Assembly: GCA_012295275.1 (NCBI GenBank)
Contig: CM022670.1
Span: 10,726,001 to 10,790,000 of the forward strand
Length of the DNA: 64,000 bases
Direction of reading: 5' to 3'
Origin: Chrysomallon squamiferum
Taxonomy: Eukaryota; Animalia; Mollusca
Shown: positions 45,739 to 59,358 of the stretch, in pieces
Layout: each line of letters opens with the position of its first letter
How positions within the stretch are numbered: the stretch's first letter is position 1
The notes under the pieces: generated by a model
Database searches by the model: none
What the model was told of the DNA's origin: nothing
What the model saw: only the letters and a program-made list of their open reading frames with translations
Translations under genes and position numbers: made by a program

Positions 45739-48292
45739 CTTTTTTGATGACTTTGCAAAAATCTTTCTTCTGATATGTTAACGAAATAAAACCTTCAGAA
45801 GACATGCAGTAAATTATTACAGTCTGCGTACCATGACCAGAAGAAATTAAATGAAGTTTCTTTTTAATTTCTATATGAAACAACCACAGCTCCACATCCA
45901 AAACAAAAACCATGATCAAATGTTTTTGTGACAGTGAGGAAAACAAATTATATTTAAAGTTGATGACTGTATGAACAAACCTCAAGTCTCTAATCCTCAC
46001 CACAAAATAAAAACATGAAACACCTACCAACAATATTTACAAAACATTGTAGCTATACACAAACACTCTGACTACTTCAGCATCTGTTTATATTTGAAAC
46101 AAACAAATACAATTCAGTTTATAAACAAATGTTTCTTTCTGTTGTATCATCTTCATTGCTTGTCATCACAAACCTTTCTTTGTTTCCCTGTTTTTTAAAT
46201 ACTGCTGTAGTCACTGGTTAAAGTATACAATAAAATTATTATTATTATTCTTTTTGTTTGTTTTTGTTTACTTAAAATCTTGCTAGTCATTTATATACTT
46301 GCTGGTTTCAGTGGGGGTTTTTAAGTGATTCAAATCCCTTATCTAGCATATCGTCATGGAAACTACATCAAAATATTTTTTTTCACTCTGCTTTTCACAA
46401 GAAAGTGTTTTGTTTTCAGAGTCAACATCAGACATTAGTCATCAAGATGATCTAATGTTTACATGTATCTTGTTTTTCAGCAGCCAAACAGTGGGAGGGA
46501 AAAAAACAGAAAAAAAAACAGATTATCATTTCTCATTTCACCTTTCTTCTGACATGTACCTGGCCTTTCTGTAACAGCTGCAGAGAGTTTATATATGAAA
46601 ACAAGGCTGCAACAGCAACACAAACAATTACAGTGGTTTGGCTGTGTCGGTGGTGTGTCATCTAAAGTAAACAATCCTGTGTGAACAGAAGGAGTAACTG
46701 TCCAAACAACATCACACAGTGACAGAGTAGTAGTGTAACTGAAAAGTTAGCTTAATTCAGTCCTTAGCTTTTTCCCCATTGATCACGATGATGATGATGC
46801 CAAACATATCAGATTCATTTCAAAAAGAATTTTAATTTTTATGCTCTGCCAGACTTGTTTTGAAAAGATAAAGTTTATTTTATTACTTTTTTTTTTAGTT
46901 ATAATTAAACAGAAAAAATGTGTAATAATAATAATAAAACATAAAACAATAAAGTTAAAAAAAAGATAATCAAAATATTTTAGAAATAATATTAATAATA
47001 ACAAAATAGAAATAAACCTTTAATAATAATAACAACAACAACAACAACAACAGCTGCAGCAGCAACAACAAATATATTGTTTCAAATTATAAAAGGAGGA
47101 ATAAAAAACAGGGAAATTGAAATAAAATAATAATTAAAAAATCTCATAAAAAAATACAACACTGTACTGGTTAATACCGAGTGTATATTCTATGTATATT
47201 TATTAATTTCTCACACCCTGTGGTAAGCACAACATCAATTAAGCGCATTCATCAGTTCTGTTTCTCTGACAAGTGACATTTAACCGAAGTACATGCGTGT
47301 AATTTACTTCATTGTGAGTTAATTTCTCCTATATCAATTTTCACTCAGTCAATTAGCTGTTGGGCATGTAAGATCCATATCTTTCACTAATTTGTACTTT
47401 CAAAACCTGTCACTTTGCCTGTGAATTCTGTCACAGCCATTCAGTGTCTTATTACTGATACAACACACTGCCACAAAGAACATCTCAAATCATCGTTATA
47501 ATCCATAACTGAATATGGCAAAAACAATCATTCTGCCACAGACACCAACTCAAAATGGTGCCTTACATCATCAGCTGAAAATGATGCCACAATCACCAAC
47601 ACAAAATGCCGCTAGAGTCATCCGCTCTGTATGCCACAGAACCAATTCAAAATGCTACGACAGTTGACTCAAAATGCTGCTACAAATGTCGACTCATAAT
47701 GCTGCCCTAATCAATGATTCACAATGCAGTCACTGTAAGTGACTAAAATTGGTGTCACTGTGACCCCAGAATGTTTACAAAACTCAGAAATCTTTGTGTC
47801 CAGACCAGCTGACAAAATCACTCATTTTTTTTATTATTTATCTATTAAACAATTTTTTTTTACTTAGTAATGATATAATTACAGCATTGAGGATTTTTTT
47901 TGTGCCATATGTTCCATAATATATCTATTAAGACAGTTTTACTACTCTTATTTATTTGATTTGCAGTTAAAAAAAAATAAAATAAAAAAAAAATAAAGGA
48001 GAGAAAAAACATTAATGAAGTGAAGTAGAAAATTTCTATTACGATGTTAAAATTAGCAAGTGTTTTTATAATCAAACCAATCACAGGTGTTCCTACTCTG
48101 GTTATTAAATTACACACAATATGTTTTAATGACACAACATATTAGTATTTTTTAAACATTTTCTTTTATCTAAAACGTCCAGCTTTGCCTTTTTAACAAC
48201 AGAAAGTTATTTTATTCATTCGCTTAAATGCAAAACTTCTGCTTCTGCAGTTTAATAACACTTTATGATCATCGTTAATTTATGCAATCTAC

Positions 48293-48331
<39 letters not shown>

Positions 48332-50255
48332 TTAACAATTGAAAGTTGTATTTTAGCTTGTTAATTTATTCCAGGCACAAGCCCATTCATTTCAACAACT
48401 GGTCGAGCACTGATTTACCTCTGTTGACAAACACAAAGAGAATAACACAAAGAGAGATTAACTTTGAGAGAAAAACATCAAATAATGTTACCCCATCATG
48501 TTGAAGTAACAGAGACATGACAGAGTACACAGGGGACCAGCACCCTGGGGCTGACAACCAGCGCCGAGGGTTAATACCATTTAAACACTCAGATTTCTCA
48601 ACAATTAAGCTAACTGATGATGAAAAGGACCCTAAGGCTTCAGGTGACTTGGTGCACACACGTTAATTACAGGTAACCTCGCATGTGAAAGAGGATGCAT
48701 ACTGCAGAAAGTATGAAAAAAAAAAAAAGAATAATAAAAAAAAGAATAAAATAAAACGTATGACAATATTGGAGTAATAAAAATAATATGGGGTAGTAGG
48801 AGAGAAAAATAAAACATCGTTTCATCACAGTTTCAGTAATTTTTATATTTTTAAATTAACTTTATTACTATTATTATTATTATTATTATTATTATGATTA
48901 TTATTATTATTAAATGCAAGAAGTAAAAAAAATTGTAACAATAATCGAATTTAAGATCTTAATGCTTGCTCCCATTTCAAATAAATCTAAGAGTCTAAAT
49001 CACTTAAAAAATCTATATTTGGAAAGTATGTGGCCAACTTGTTTAATTATTATTTTCACTCATGTGATCTTAACTTGGTTACTTTCATTTCAAAAGAATT
49101 ATGATCCTCAGCTCTTGCAGAGTCGGTTAAGAAACCTAGTAATACGGAAATAATAGTGTACACTGACAAACAGGGGCAGCCAATAGGTACAAAACACGTA
49201 ACCAGTCAACAAGACAGCTTCGTGTAACAAGTGGACTCTTCCTGTGTGTGAACTGCACTACAAAACTAACACTGGTGACTAAACAGAAAATAAAATGCAC
49301 CATGCAGAGAGAAATCATCCCAGAGATTTCAAAGAGACCCATTGTAATTTTTTTTGTTTTTTTTTTTTGTTAAAACTCATTGAATGTATGTTTGCCTAAA
49401 TGATCACTGACAATATGCATCTTTTTAAAAAAAATGATCACTTTACAACCGTTCAGCATTGCCTAAAATTATTATTTAGTGAAAAAGATAACTCCTGAAC
49501 AATGAACTACTGTGGGTTTTTTTTCAAAATCAGGAATTCTGTCAGCTTTATTCAAGATGCAAGGATGAGAAACGGTACATGTCAAAGGTTATCACTTTAT
49601 GATCGACTGAAATTCTCCATCTCTTTGCCAAAGACATAACCACTGTTGTACAAGTGCTGTCTAGTTAGCTTTTTTTTTTATTAAAACTACATTTCTATAA
49701 AGATACCAAATGAACTTCTTAGCAATTTTTTTACAAAGAAATTTGCTGTCTTGTATTTCCTACTAAACCAATGTTTCGTGATTTCATAATCAAAAGACAT
49801 GCTATGAGCTTCTGTATGTATAAAGTTACAGTTGCTCAACTGCTATCTTAAAAGAGTTTCTTAATTACGTATTTATATATCCAGACTTTATGCTTACTGA
49901 ATTTCATATCTGTTTGTTAAGCTGGTTTTTAATATTTAATCATAAATTCAAACTAAATTTGGATAGAAAAAAATACTAAAAACGAAACAACAGAACAACA
50001 AGCAAACAAAAAAACACAACCCCCCCAAAAAAAATACAACAAAAGAAATACTACTAATTTCATACACTTATACAAATGTAAACATACACATACAAACTGA
50101 ATGACTCTACTTTAACCCAACCACACATTCTTATGATTTGAAACAATTATTACAAAGATTACAATTTTTTTTAATACAGAAAACGTATGTTCAAACATGT
50201 GCTGCTATAGGCTTTATTTATTAGATATTTTGTTATTGTAATATAGTTATTCCAC

Positions 50256-50292
<37 letters not shown>

Positions 50293-50799
50293 TTACAACA
50301 TCAGCTAATTTAACAGGATCTACACTTACTGAAAGAAAGGTTTCAGGAGTTGTCTTCCCATGAAGAACAGGGCCATCTTTTCTTCCATCTAAAATAAAAA
50401 CAATGTCATTAACTTCGCTGTGAAGCCTGACAAATGGTGAAGTCTCCAGAATCGATACCAATTTTGTGCACTACCCGATACTTCTAACTTCAACTTAGAT
50501 ATCATAGTGTTCATGAATGTTTAAGTATTTAAAAACATTTTCAGGTAAGTTTTTCAGAATGATGTTAAAAGATGAAAAATATATACACTACTGCTTGAAA
50601 ACATACTATTGCAGTTCTGGATTTGTGATATTTTTACTTGTTTTTTTTGTTAGTTGTTTTTAAAAAAAAAAAAAAAAAATAAAAAATGAAATTTAGAATA
50701 TTATACCTACAGACCCATGAAACCAACTTAGAATGATGTGAAATGTAATAAAATAATTTAAACTTTCATTAATCTTGTGTTGTGTGTTTAACATGCATG

Positions 50800-50830
<31 letters not shown>

Positions 50831-53800
50831 TGAAGAACAAGAAAAATAGAAACAGTATCAAACTACCTGCTTGAGAAATAAATGATTCTGTGTTAGGTTT
50901 TTTTTTTGTATTTTTGTAAAAATAAAAATACAGATACTTTTGTTTGAATAATGTCAGGGTTTTTGGTTTCTTTTTCATGTAAATATTTTATCTAGCAGTT
51001 GTTTTACCAATATTAAATTTTAGCACAGAGACCACTGTTATTAATCTCTCCATGGTGTTGTTTGGTTTCCATAGTAATTTCAGTTCTATTCCATTTGGTA
51101 AAACTGTTGGTTTACTGGCACATTACAAAAGTGTTCATTGCAAATCTTACATTTAATCACAATTATGCTGATTTTTATATTTTATAAAATCTGTTTTTCA
51201 ATAGATATTTAAACACACACAAACTATATGCAAATACTGGCACAATGCATGATTCAATAATTATACAAGCATTATTCCTGGTTATTACTGACTATGGTAT
51301 ATTTATATAAATATGATGAGAAAGGAAAATGTAAACAAAGATGGCTATCATTCAGGTTTGAGATAAGGAAACATCTGCCATGTTTAAAGCATGCTGCTCT
51401 ACATAGCAGGTGTAGTTTCACAACATTTGACGTAAAAGTAAGGAACCAGGTCAATTTATATCAATCAAATCGTGACAGCCTGATAGAAAATAACCATGTC
51501 ATCCAAACATTAAAAACCATGTCAGTTCTGAAATAACAATAAAAAGAAAAAAGAGTTTCAAACTCAACAACAACAGCCAGTTGTGTGGGTGTTTTTATAA
51601 TGATAAGTTGTTTCTTTTTTGTTGTTGTTGTTTGTTTGTTTTTTTTTTTTAAGAAAAGAGTAAAGGAATTATATCAATTTAAGTAAAAGCAAACATTTTA
51701 AATATTATTATTAAACATTTTTCTTTCTGCTGTTTCTAAAGAAATAGTAATGTGTTATCAACAACTCACAATCATAATGTATCCATGACAACATGTCTCC
51801 CAGTGTGTGGAAAATTTACATTTTAAATGAGTGCTTTCAAGGACAAATTTCAGATCTGGATTTGGCTTAGTGGTTAGAGTTGTTGGTTAAGACTGGTAAC
51901 TGTTAGGATCAGTCCCATTTCCGATGGGATTTAAGTAAAGTTTATCAAACATCATGGTATGTGTTGTCGTGTTAGTGGGGAATGAAAGACTAGAGCAGAT
52001 AATGAAAAGACAGCAGTATGTTTCCTCATTCAGAGTAATATACAAAATTGACAGACAAACTAACGATAGTGGGAAGACGTACTAACACACTTTTTTTTTA
52101 AATTTCCATTTATGAATTTCATGAAAGATTATTATTTTACTATTGTTATCAATATTTTGTCACTTTCTGTAATAATAAATAAATAAATAAATAAAATAAA
52201 AACCAATTGCAGAATTTGTTTAAAAAGATGGATTTATAGGCTTAAAGAATACATCAAACAAAACACACACTCAAAATCAATGTGGAAACATAATTAAATA
52301 CTTCAAATACTCACTAGTTCTTGATTGAACAAGTTATAAGAGAAACACAGAAAACTATATAACAAGTACGGTTATTCTCAGGTATTTGTTTTTATTTATT
52401 CTGTTCATATTGGTTAACTCAAGTCTGCTTCAGACAGCAGCATAACTCAGCTAAATAAAATTATTAAAATTTGTATGTAACAGATAATGAACCATTTACT
52501 TCTTAAAACTAATAAATAGAAAATACGATAAAAGCCAGTCTAAATATACTTTCTGTTGTTAGGTGGGGCTCAAAGGTAAATGGAAGTGTAGAGAAATATA
52601 AAATGATGATGGTAATAATAATAATAATAATAACAATAACGAATTTAAAAAAAGAAGAAAAAAGAACGAAAACAATTCCATTTTTTGGCTGCTTGTTTTA
52701 ATTTTATATTTTCCCTAGATACAGAATTGCCACATACTGTACCCATGAATAATGTTTGATCTGTCTTGTTAATTCCTGAAGATTTCAAACATTTAGTTAT
52801 TTTTATTAGAAATAAAATATACTGGGAATCACATTTAGTGCATCCAGTGACTATGAACAGAAACTAAACAAAAATAAAGCAGTGTTAACAGTAAATATGT
52901 ATAAATCTAAAATGTTTATCCCACACCTCGTTAAATTAACATTTTAAACTATCTTGAGCTATCTTATTAAAGATTTTGTAGCTATTTGAACTCTGTCACA
53001 AATATCTTTACTTGGAAGAAAAAAAAAAATTAATATAAAAAATCAGTCAAACCAAATTTCAGAACTTGCAAATTATTAAAAATAATAATTTTGCCTGCTG
53101 GAACAAATAGTTCCTGTCTGAAAATATTCTGTATGTGGAAATTAAAAACAGATGGTTAAAAAAACATGTTGTATGTTATTTTTGCTATTACAGTAACATT
53201 TTGAATACAAAATCATTAGAAAAAATAAACTTAGCATACTTGTTATCAGTTTATATTCTACTGGTCAAAACATCAAGAAAGATAACTCATATTCATGTTG
53301 ATATTTAGTTTACAAAGACAGTGAAGTGTTGCATGTTCACTGTAGTTTAGAATTGGCAGAAATAATGTTTATAAATTATCCACTGTTTACTGCACAAACA
53401 ATAATGCAGGATTAATCTTTCAGAAGTAATGAATAGTTATTATACACTGTGTAAAATCCTACATACCACGCTGTTTAAGATAACATTTTTAAAGAACTCT
53501 ATAAAAACCTAAATTAATTGGTGTTTATATGCTTACATTTTGTTTATGTTCTTTTTTTAAACTTTTTTTTTAAAGAACATTTAATATTTGCATTAACAAT
53601 TTATCTGATAATTATATAGTTACATGTTTATTAAATTTGAAAAAAAATAAATAATAATTTTGAACATTTTTAATTCAAAAATAATTTTAACTTAGCATTA
53701 AAAAATGTATTTGTTTCAAAAATTATCTTCATGAAAATGAAATAATACTTGCCCATTTCAAAGAGCTTTCCTTCTTTAAAGATGAATGAAACGAAATGAG

Positions 53801-56800
53801 GATTTACAGATTCCTCACTGGAAGGAGCCTACAAAACAAACATCGATAATTTTTCAAACACAGATGTCTGTTATAAAAATAAGAATTGTCAGTATAAATA
53901 AGGCACTATAGTAGTTATATTCTATATTTCTTTTGTCACAAAATATTTGTGCTATTTATAATCCATTTGTTCTTTTCAATTACATTTTATATTTTGATAC
54001 AATTTTATATTATTCTTTTGTTCCAAAATATTAGCCAGTATTTTGAAATCATTTTATTTTCCATGAGATAATGAAATTATTTTTATAAATATATTTTCTA
54101 GAAGAGAAAGTTAAAATATTAAGCAATTTCCTCACAGCAGATTTAAAATATTTAACTGTACACAAGGGGATTTTTTAGAAAATTTAAAACATGATTTACT
54201 ATTTATTGATCTATTTATCAATATATCATCTGAGAAATTAATCCTTGGTTTAATTTTCTTTCTACCACTACAATAAATTATAATTAGAGGTATGCATTGG
54301 GAAATCAAATAAACTTACAACAACAAGCTGAATAAGCCATCTTTATAAAAGTAGTATATGTAAAACATTTAAAAATTAAAATGCCTGTGATTTTTATTTT
54401 TGGGTGAGTATGTTCAAATGCTTATGCAACAGAGAAAATAATTTACGTTCTCGAATGAAATGGTCAGGAGTGATTTCACATTAATATACAAACCTTTGTC
54501 TGTCCCTCCTGTGCACTTTCTTCATGTATGTTTCCCATATTCTGAAGTAAAAACAAAAAATGAATATCAGTGGAAAAAAAAATAAAAAATAAAACAAATT
54601 CAATGAACTATCAGCAAAATAATTGGAAATGAAAAGTTGTGAATTTGAATAAGTAAAAACAATATTTAAAACACCCCTACATGAAACTGAATAATTGGAA
54701 AAATTAAATACAGCAGTTCAAGGGACATAATCCCTTTCAAATAAATGGAAAAAGCTGATCAATTTTACTGTTTTGCCAAAATAATTCAATAATTCCAATT
54801 CAAGATTAAGAAGTTAACAAATTCAGATATCTGGCAAATGAAACTGACCTTTATCTAAATTAATGATAAAACAATTATCAGGTTAACTAATGTTTTTATT
54901 AAAACTAAATATAAAAATTGTAAATCTTTTTATAAATTATCTATTAATTAACAACTGACTGGTATCAAACTGGCTTTTTAAAAAAAATGTTTCCAAATTA
55001 ACATCAAACATTGTGGACATTTGATAAATACCTTGTCATTTTCCAAGAACTGAGCTCGTTCAGTGGGCGACTTGCTTTCAGTTGCTTCAAGAAACTTGCT
55101 AAAATATTTTCCAGCTGTAAAAATAACATTAATTTATTGTTAAATGTGCTTTAAAGTTAAAGAAGAAGAAAAACATATAAGAATAATATATAAAATTTAA
55201 AAAACACTCATAATAGCACAAATTGTATTATTTAAACCTAAACTCACAAACTTATCTAACTCCAGCAGACAGAACTTGTTAAGAAATATAAATAAATTAT
55301 CAAAACTTTGTAATGTTAAAATGATATTTTTAAATTCAATTTATAAAGATTTTTTTCACATATGTGATACATCCTTGATTTGATGAGGGATTTATTGTTT
55401 AGCACAGTGACAGAAGGAACCATACAAACATGAGTTTTTATTTTTGACCTGTAAATTTTCTAACCACATCTGTTGATGATACAGCATGTAGACTAAGTAA
55501 GACTTACTGAAAATCTGTATGTTGATATCATGAGCTATGAAGCTAATCCAGACACCTAAATTTGAAAGAGTTGATCTGTTTTGATTTTAGGTATCTAACT
55601 TCAGGGATTGAATTTTAATTTCTTTAGGGCGATCAAAAACATCAGACATTTTCTTCGAGTTTTCACAGAAACAATTGATGATTTTGCTCTGAAGGACTAT
55701 GACTGATTGTGACTCAGATTCAGTATAATAATTCAAATATTTATTACAAAATAATAATAATACACTCAAATTTCATATGAACAAAACTGATAATATTTAA
55801 CTAACTAATAAACTCGACTGAATAAACATGTAAGCTGTTATCAAACAGTTTTATAACTTACATGTACCATAATGAAATTGGTTATTTAGTTAAAATACTA
55901 TTAATTCTGTTCAGGTCTGAAAGCACAGTAACCCAGAATGAATAAATTTTCTAATGAACTTTATACCTGACATACCTTCCTAATAGACTGATCATATCAT
56001 TTTATGGTTAACTTTGGCACGATGCAATCTGAGACCATCTTTTTCGGTTGTGTCATTAATGCAGTAATGAGCAAAAATATCAAACATTTTATAGAATGAA
56101 GGAATGACTAACACATCATGTAAATATGAGTTATTATTAGACTATTAGTACTAACATGATCTGGGGTTAATATTCTGCAGGGATCAGCCTTGGGAAGAGC
56201 ATTATTTCAATGCATTCAATCAATAATCCTAGAACGCAGTGACATTCATTCAGATGTCACAGTGACAAAGTGGCCTGTATGCCGAGTCTTTGAGGTTGAT
56301 GCAGCTCAGCAGTTGTATTATAGCCAAGTAACTAATCAAACTTATATTTATTTGTATCATTCCTGTTCTTTGCATTTTTAAATTCTCTCATACTGCAGCA
56401 TTTCTAGTTTAAACAAATAGACACTCAGTTAACATAATAATGATATCGTTTTTTTCTTCGACACAGTCAATGAATCAATGGACATGGAGGCAAACCAGGT
56501 AGAGAAGCCCTGTCTGAAATTCTGAGCACTAAGGCAAATGTGGATGGCAATCACAACACTTGACGTCGGTGATGTGGTAAAATTCAAACCTGTAAGTTTC
56601 ATTTTTAAGACGTAGCATCAAAGCCTGCAGTTAGTCATTTTTCTCTGAAATTCATTTCAGACCTGATCACAATGCTTTATCACAATAATACCAAAAAATC
56701 CCACAAAAACAACAGAACGTTATTAGTCTATTTTCAGCTGTAGGTAATACAACTTACGATCAAACTTGATCTTGTCAGCATTGTTTGCTAGTGCGTGCAC

Positions 56801-59358
56801 AATGGCAATGGTGCCACATGCATTGCGAATGCTCTGCTTGATGCAGTAGACACTGGATGCTAATTCAGGATTCACTTTACCAATTGGATTTTCTTCAACC
56901 TGTAAAAAAAAATTGTAAAAATGTTCTAAAGTGTATTGCATTCACCGTAAATCCTAACCTATTACAAGGATACTACAGCCTGTATCTGAAATTTTGCCAA
57001 TTTTTAAACCAGTTTTTGGTTATACCTTTTAAGACGTGATGAGCAAGCTGCATATTTTTTTGTGCCTTTCCACAAACAGTATAACATATGCCACGACCTT
57101 TCAAATGAATGAATATTTAACAACACCCCAGCACAAAAAAAAATATATATACGCTACTAGGTGTCAAAAAAAGGTAAATATACAAAATGTTTAATTTCTT
57201 TCAGTATTATGGTCTTTCATAAACTGGCTTTAGAGAAATATGGATCAGTAGATGCAGTGAAAACTGATCATAGAACCCACTGTATTTTGGATCTGTGCAG
57301 TATCCATCTTTCCTCAATCTTGATGCAAAAATAAAAACTGACATATGTGATTAACTGCAGTTTATGTTAGAATTATAAACTGCACAGATTACAAATGCTA
57401 TTGTCAGAACAGAAATTTCATATACAGAAATTAAAAACAAACTGAAACAATATTTTTTTTTATTTAGTACCAAGTTTACGGGAAGATCAACAGATCATTT
57501 TAAAACTGAAAAAAAGATAGAAAAGATTAAAACACAATTGGTTCAGAATCCAATTATTTATTCTGTAATGTAAGTTATAGCTTACTTTTTTAGTACAAGG
57601 ATACAGGAGCATGACAGCAACAACAGGTTGAGGAACCATCGACAGCAAATCATCCTCAAGACCATACACATCAACGAACTGCCATTCTGGAGGTGCACCA
57701 AGATTATGGATATACTAACAAATTAAAAATATTATTAGACAAAAAAAAAAAAAAAAAAAAAAAATTAATTAAGCAAGCTTGCGTGTTAACAAAAAATATA
57801 TTTTAAAAATTAGAAGATATTCAGGTTTTTTTAAAATAAATTTAAAAGAAATATATCCTAAGAATTTTCCATTAAATTTGCATCTACTGTTATTTATAAA
57901 TAAAAAAAATCCATTATCTATGTAAGATATGTATATATAAAATTAAAACACAACAGTTAAACATTAATGACAGGATAAAATAATGAATGAATACAATTAA
58001 CTTGATGAAAATGAGATACAAGATTTCTTATAGTTACATATTAACTATTAAAATTACTGGTAGTATCATTATTATTTATTCATAATACTTACTATATACT
58101 GTCATATACAAAACAATGTTAGAACCTTAGAAAGAACCTTTTTTCAGCTGAAGCCACATTTTTCATTAAAATAAATCTCAACCAAAATGATCATTTTCAG
58201 ATATCTCACCTTGTTTAAAACCTGAAATAATAATAACAACATAAAGTATGAATGTGCTATTTTATTAATAAATAAGAACTGTCATATACTACTTACAGAA
58301 AAACATTATAAATATATAAATTATTTGACCACTGAATGATGCAATGTAATAATCACATTATCAGAGATATTATGAAACCTGATTATCATTTTAAGCCAAT
58401 TTGTTAAAAAAATAGTTCTTAATAAAAAAAAAGGTTATTATTATAGTAATTATAATAATGAAAAATAAAAAATAAAAATAAAATAAATAAATAAACGTTA
58501 ACAGGACAGCAAAAAAAAAAATATATATGTCTTCTATTTTCAGTTCTATGCAGCAAACATTTTATTTATTTGTTCTTTATTTATTTATTCATGTATTTAG
58601 CATTTTTTTGGAAACTGAATTTAGAAGGATCAGATCCTAGACAGCGACAGTATAAAAAGCATGCAGCATATTTTCTCCACAATTTATTCCCTAAAGTAAG
58701 CTAAACAAAATAATAATAATGATAATCATAATGATAATGATAATAATAATAATCTCTTATGAACAGACATCACGTATAAACTAAATGGCTGGCTAAAAGC
58801 TCTGAAAAAATCAATCTTAAGGATAATTCAGAAGAAAAATCAGCAACGATTAATATTAATTATCAGTATTATTCTGCAAGACAGTAAAAAATGTGTATTG
58901 ATTGACGATTAATGAAAAGACAACTCTAAAAGTCTCGAGTATTACGTAATTTTATAAAATAAAAGTATTTTCTTGTTACTAGTTCTTCGGGAACCAGGAC
59001 GTTCAGTTAGAAAGACTAATTTTTAACTACAGTTTACATTATTTTATCAAAAATATGACATGAAAAAAACAAATTGTTATAACAGGCTAATCATAATATG
59101 CCTGTGTCACTGTCATGTGTCTGTGTCGTGAATTTACATGTTTTCGACGTTATTATTATAATGATACACGGAAAATAAGTTGCCTTACATTGGCATATGT
59201 ATATTACATTTAATAATTTCTCTTATTATATATGTAAGGGGTAAAAATAAAGCCTGTAAAATAATAATAATAATATTAAAACAAGCTAGACGATTTTAAA
59301 TGTAAAAGCTTACAGCAGGATTTGATTCTAAAGGAACCCAACGCTGTTGCTCTGCCAT
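44359..59358 (-). CDS. UCHL3: Ubiquitin C-terminal hydrolase, UCH-L1/L3 type (peptidase C12); 9 exons, 227 aa
   Basis: Exons of 45+12+129+142+83+48+76+59+90 = 684 nt are in frame. Motifs [18 protein letters not shown] (catalytic Cys), PHF (His) and EMDGRK (Asp). Likely co-orthologue of vertebrate UCHL1 and UCHL3. Confidence 0.93.
44517..44643. repeat. (AAAC)n plus (CAA)n microsatellite
   Basis: Direct reading; source of the poly-Cys and poly-Leu ORFs. Confidence 0.95.
47465..47775. repeat. Degenerate ~23-24-bp minisatellite in UCH intron 8
   Basis: About 10 or more units resembling GCCACA(N)4-6ACTCAAAATGNT. Confidence 0.65.
50330..50388 (-). CDS. UCHL3: UCH exon 8 ([20 protein letters not shown])
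   Basis: TTTTAG acceptor, GTAAGT donor, 59 nt; completes the catalytic Asp codon. Confidence 0.93.
51857..52030 (+). mobile_element. Degraded tRNA-derived SINE head and core
   Basis: A-box TGGCTTAGTGG, decayed B-box GGATCAGTCCC, then ATGGTATGTGTTGTCGTGTTAGTGGGG, which resembles the reverse complement of the 57060-57100 segment. Confidence 0.5.
53753..53828 (-). CDS. UCHL3: UCH exon 7 ([25 protein letters not shown]) with GC donor
   Basis: TTTTGTAG acceptor; 76 nt; catalytic His; the donor reads G|GCAAGT. Confidence 0.9.
54494..54541 (-). CDS. UCHL3: UCH exon 6 ([16 protein letters not shown])
   Basis: CTTCAG acceptor, GTTTGT donor, 48 nt; AQEGQT crossover-loop motif. Confidence 0.92.
55032..55114 (-). 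CDS. UCHL3: UCH exon 5 ([28 protein letters not shown])
   Basis: TTTTACAG acceptor, GTATTT donor, phase 1 to 0. Confidence 0.92.
56758..56899 (-). CDS. UCHL3: UCH exon 4 (catalytic Cys: [20 protein letters not shown])
   Basis: TTTTACAG acceptor, GTAAGT donor; matches track ORF 56723..56941. Confidence 0.95.
57040..57310 (-). mobile_element. Degraded SINE, possibly interrupted by a second short repeat
   Basis: TTCCACAAACAGTATAACATATGCCACGACCTTT core, then GAATGAATATTTAACAACACCCCAGCAC...GGTGTCAAA; family recognition is from memory only. Confidence 0.4.
57586..57714 (-). CDS. UCHL3: UCH exon 3 ([43 protein letters not shown])
   Basis: TGTTAG acceptor, GTAAGC donor, 129 nt. Confidence 0.95.
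58210..58221 (-). CDS. UCHL3: UCH exon 2, 12-nt microexon (VLNK)
   Basis: TATTTCAG|GTTTTAAACAAG|GTGAGA; supplies the four residues missing between ESNPA and YIHNLG. Confidence 0.88.
59314..59358 (-). CDS. UCHL3: UCH coding exon 1 ([15 protein letters not shown])
   Basis: ATCATGG start context, GTAAGC donor, family N-terminal motif. Confidence 0.93.

Noticed and set aside
47465-47775. CRISPR-like repeat/spacer appearance
   Set aside because: Eukaryotic intron, degenerate repeats, spacers far too short, no cas genes.
51857-51930. tRNA gene
   Set aside because: A-box present but the B-box and cloverleaf are decayed and SINE-like core sequence follows.
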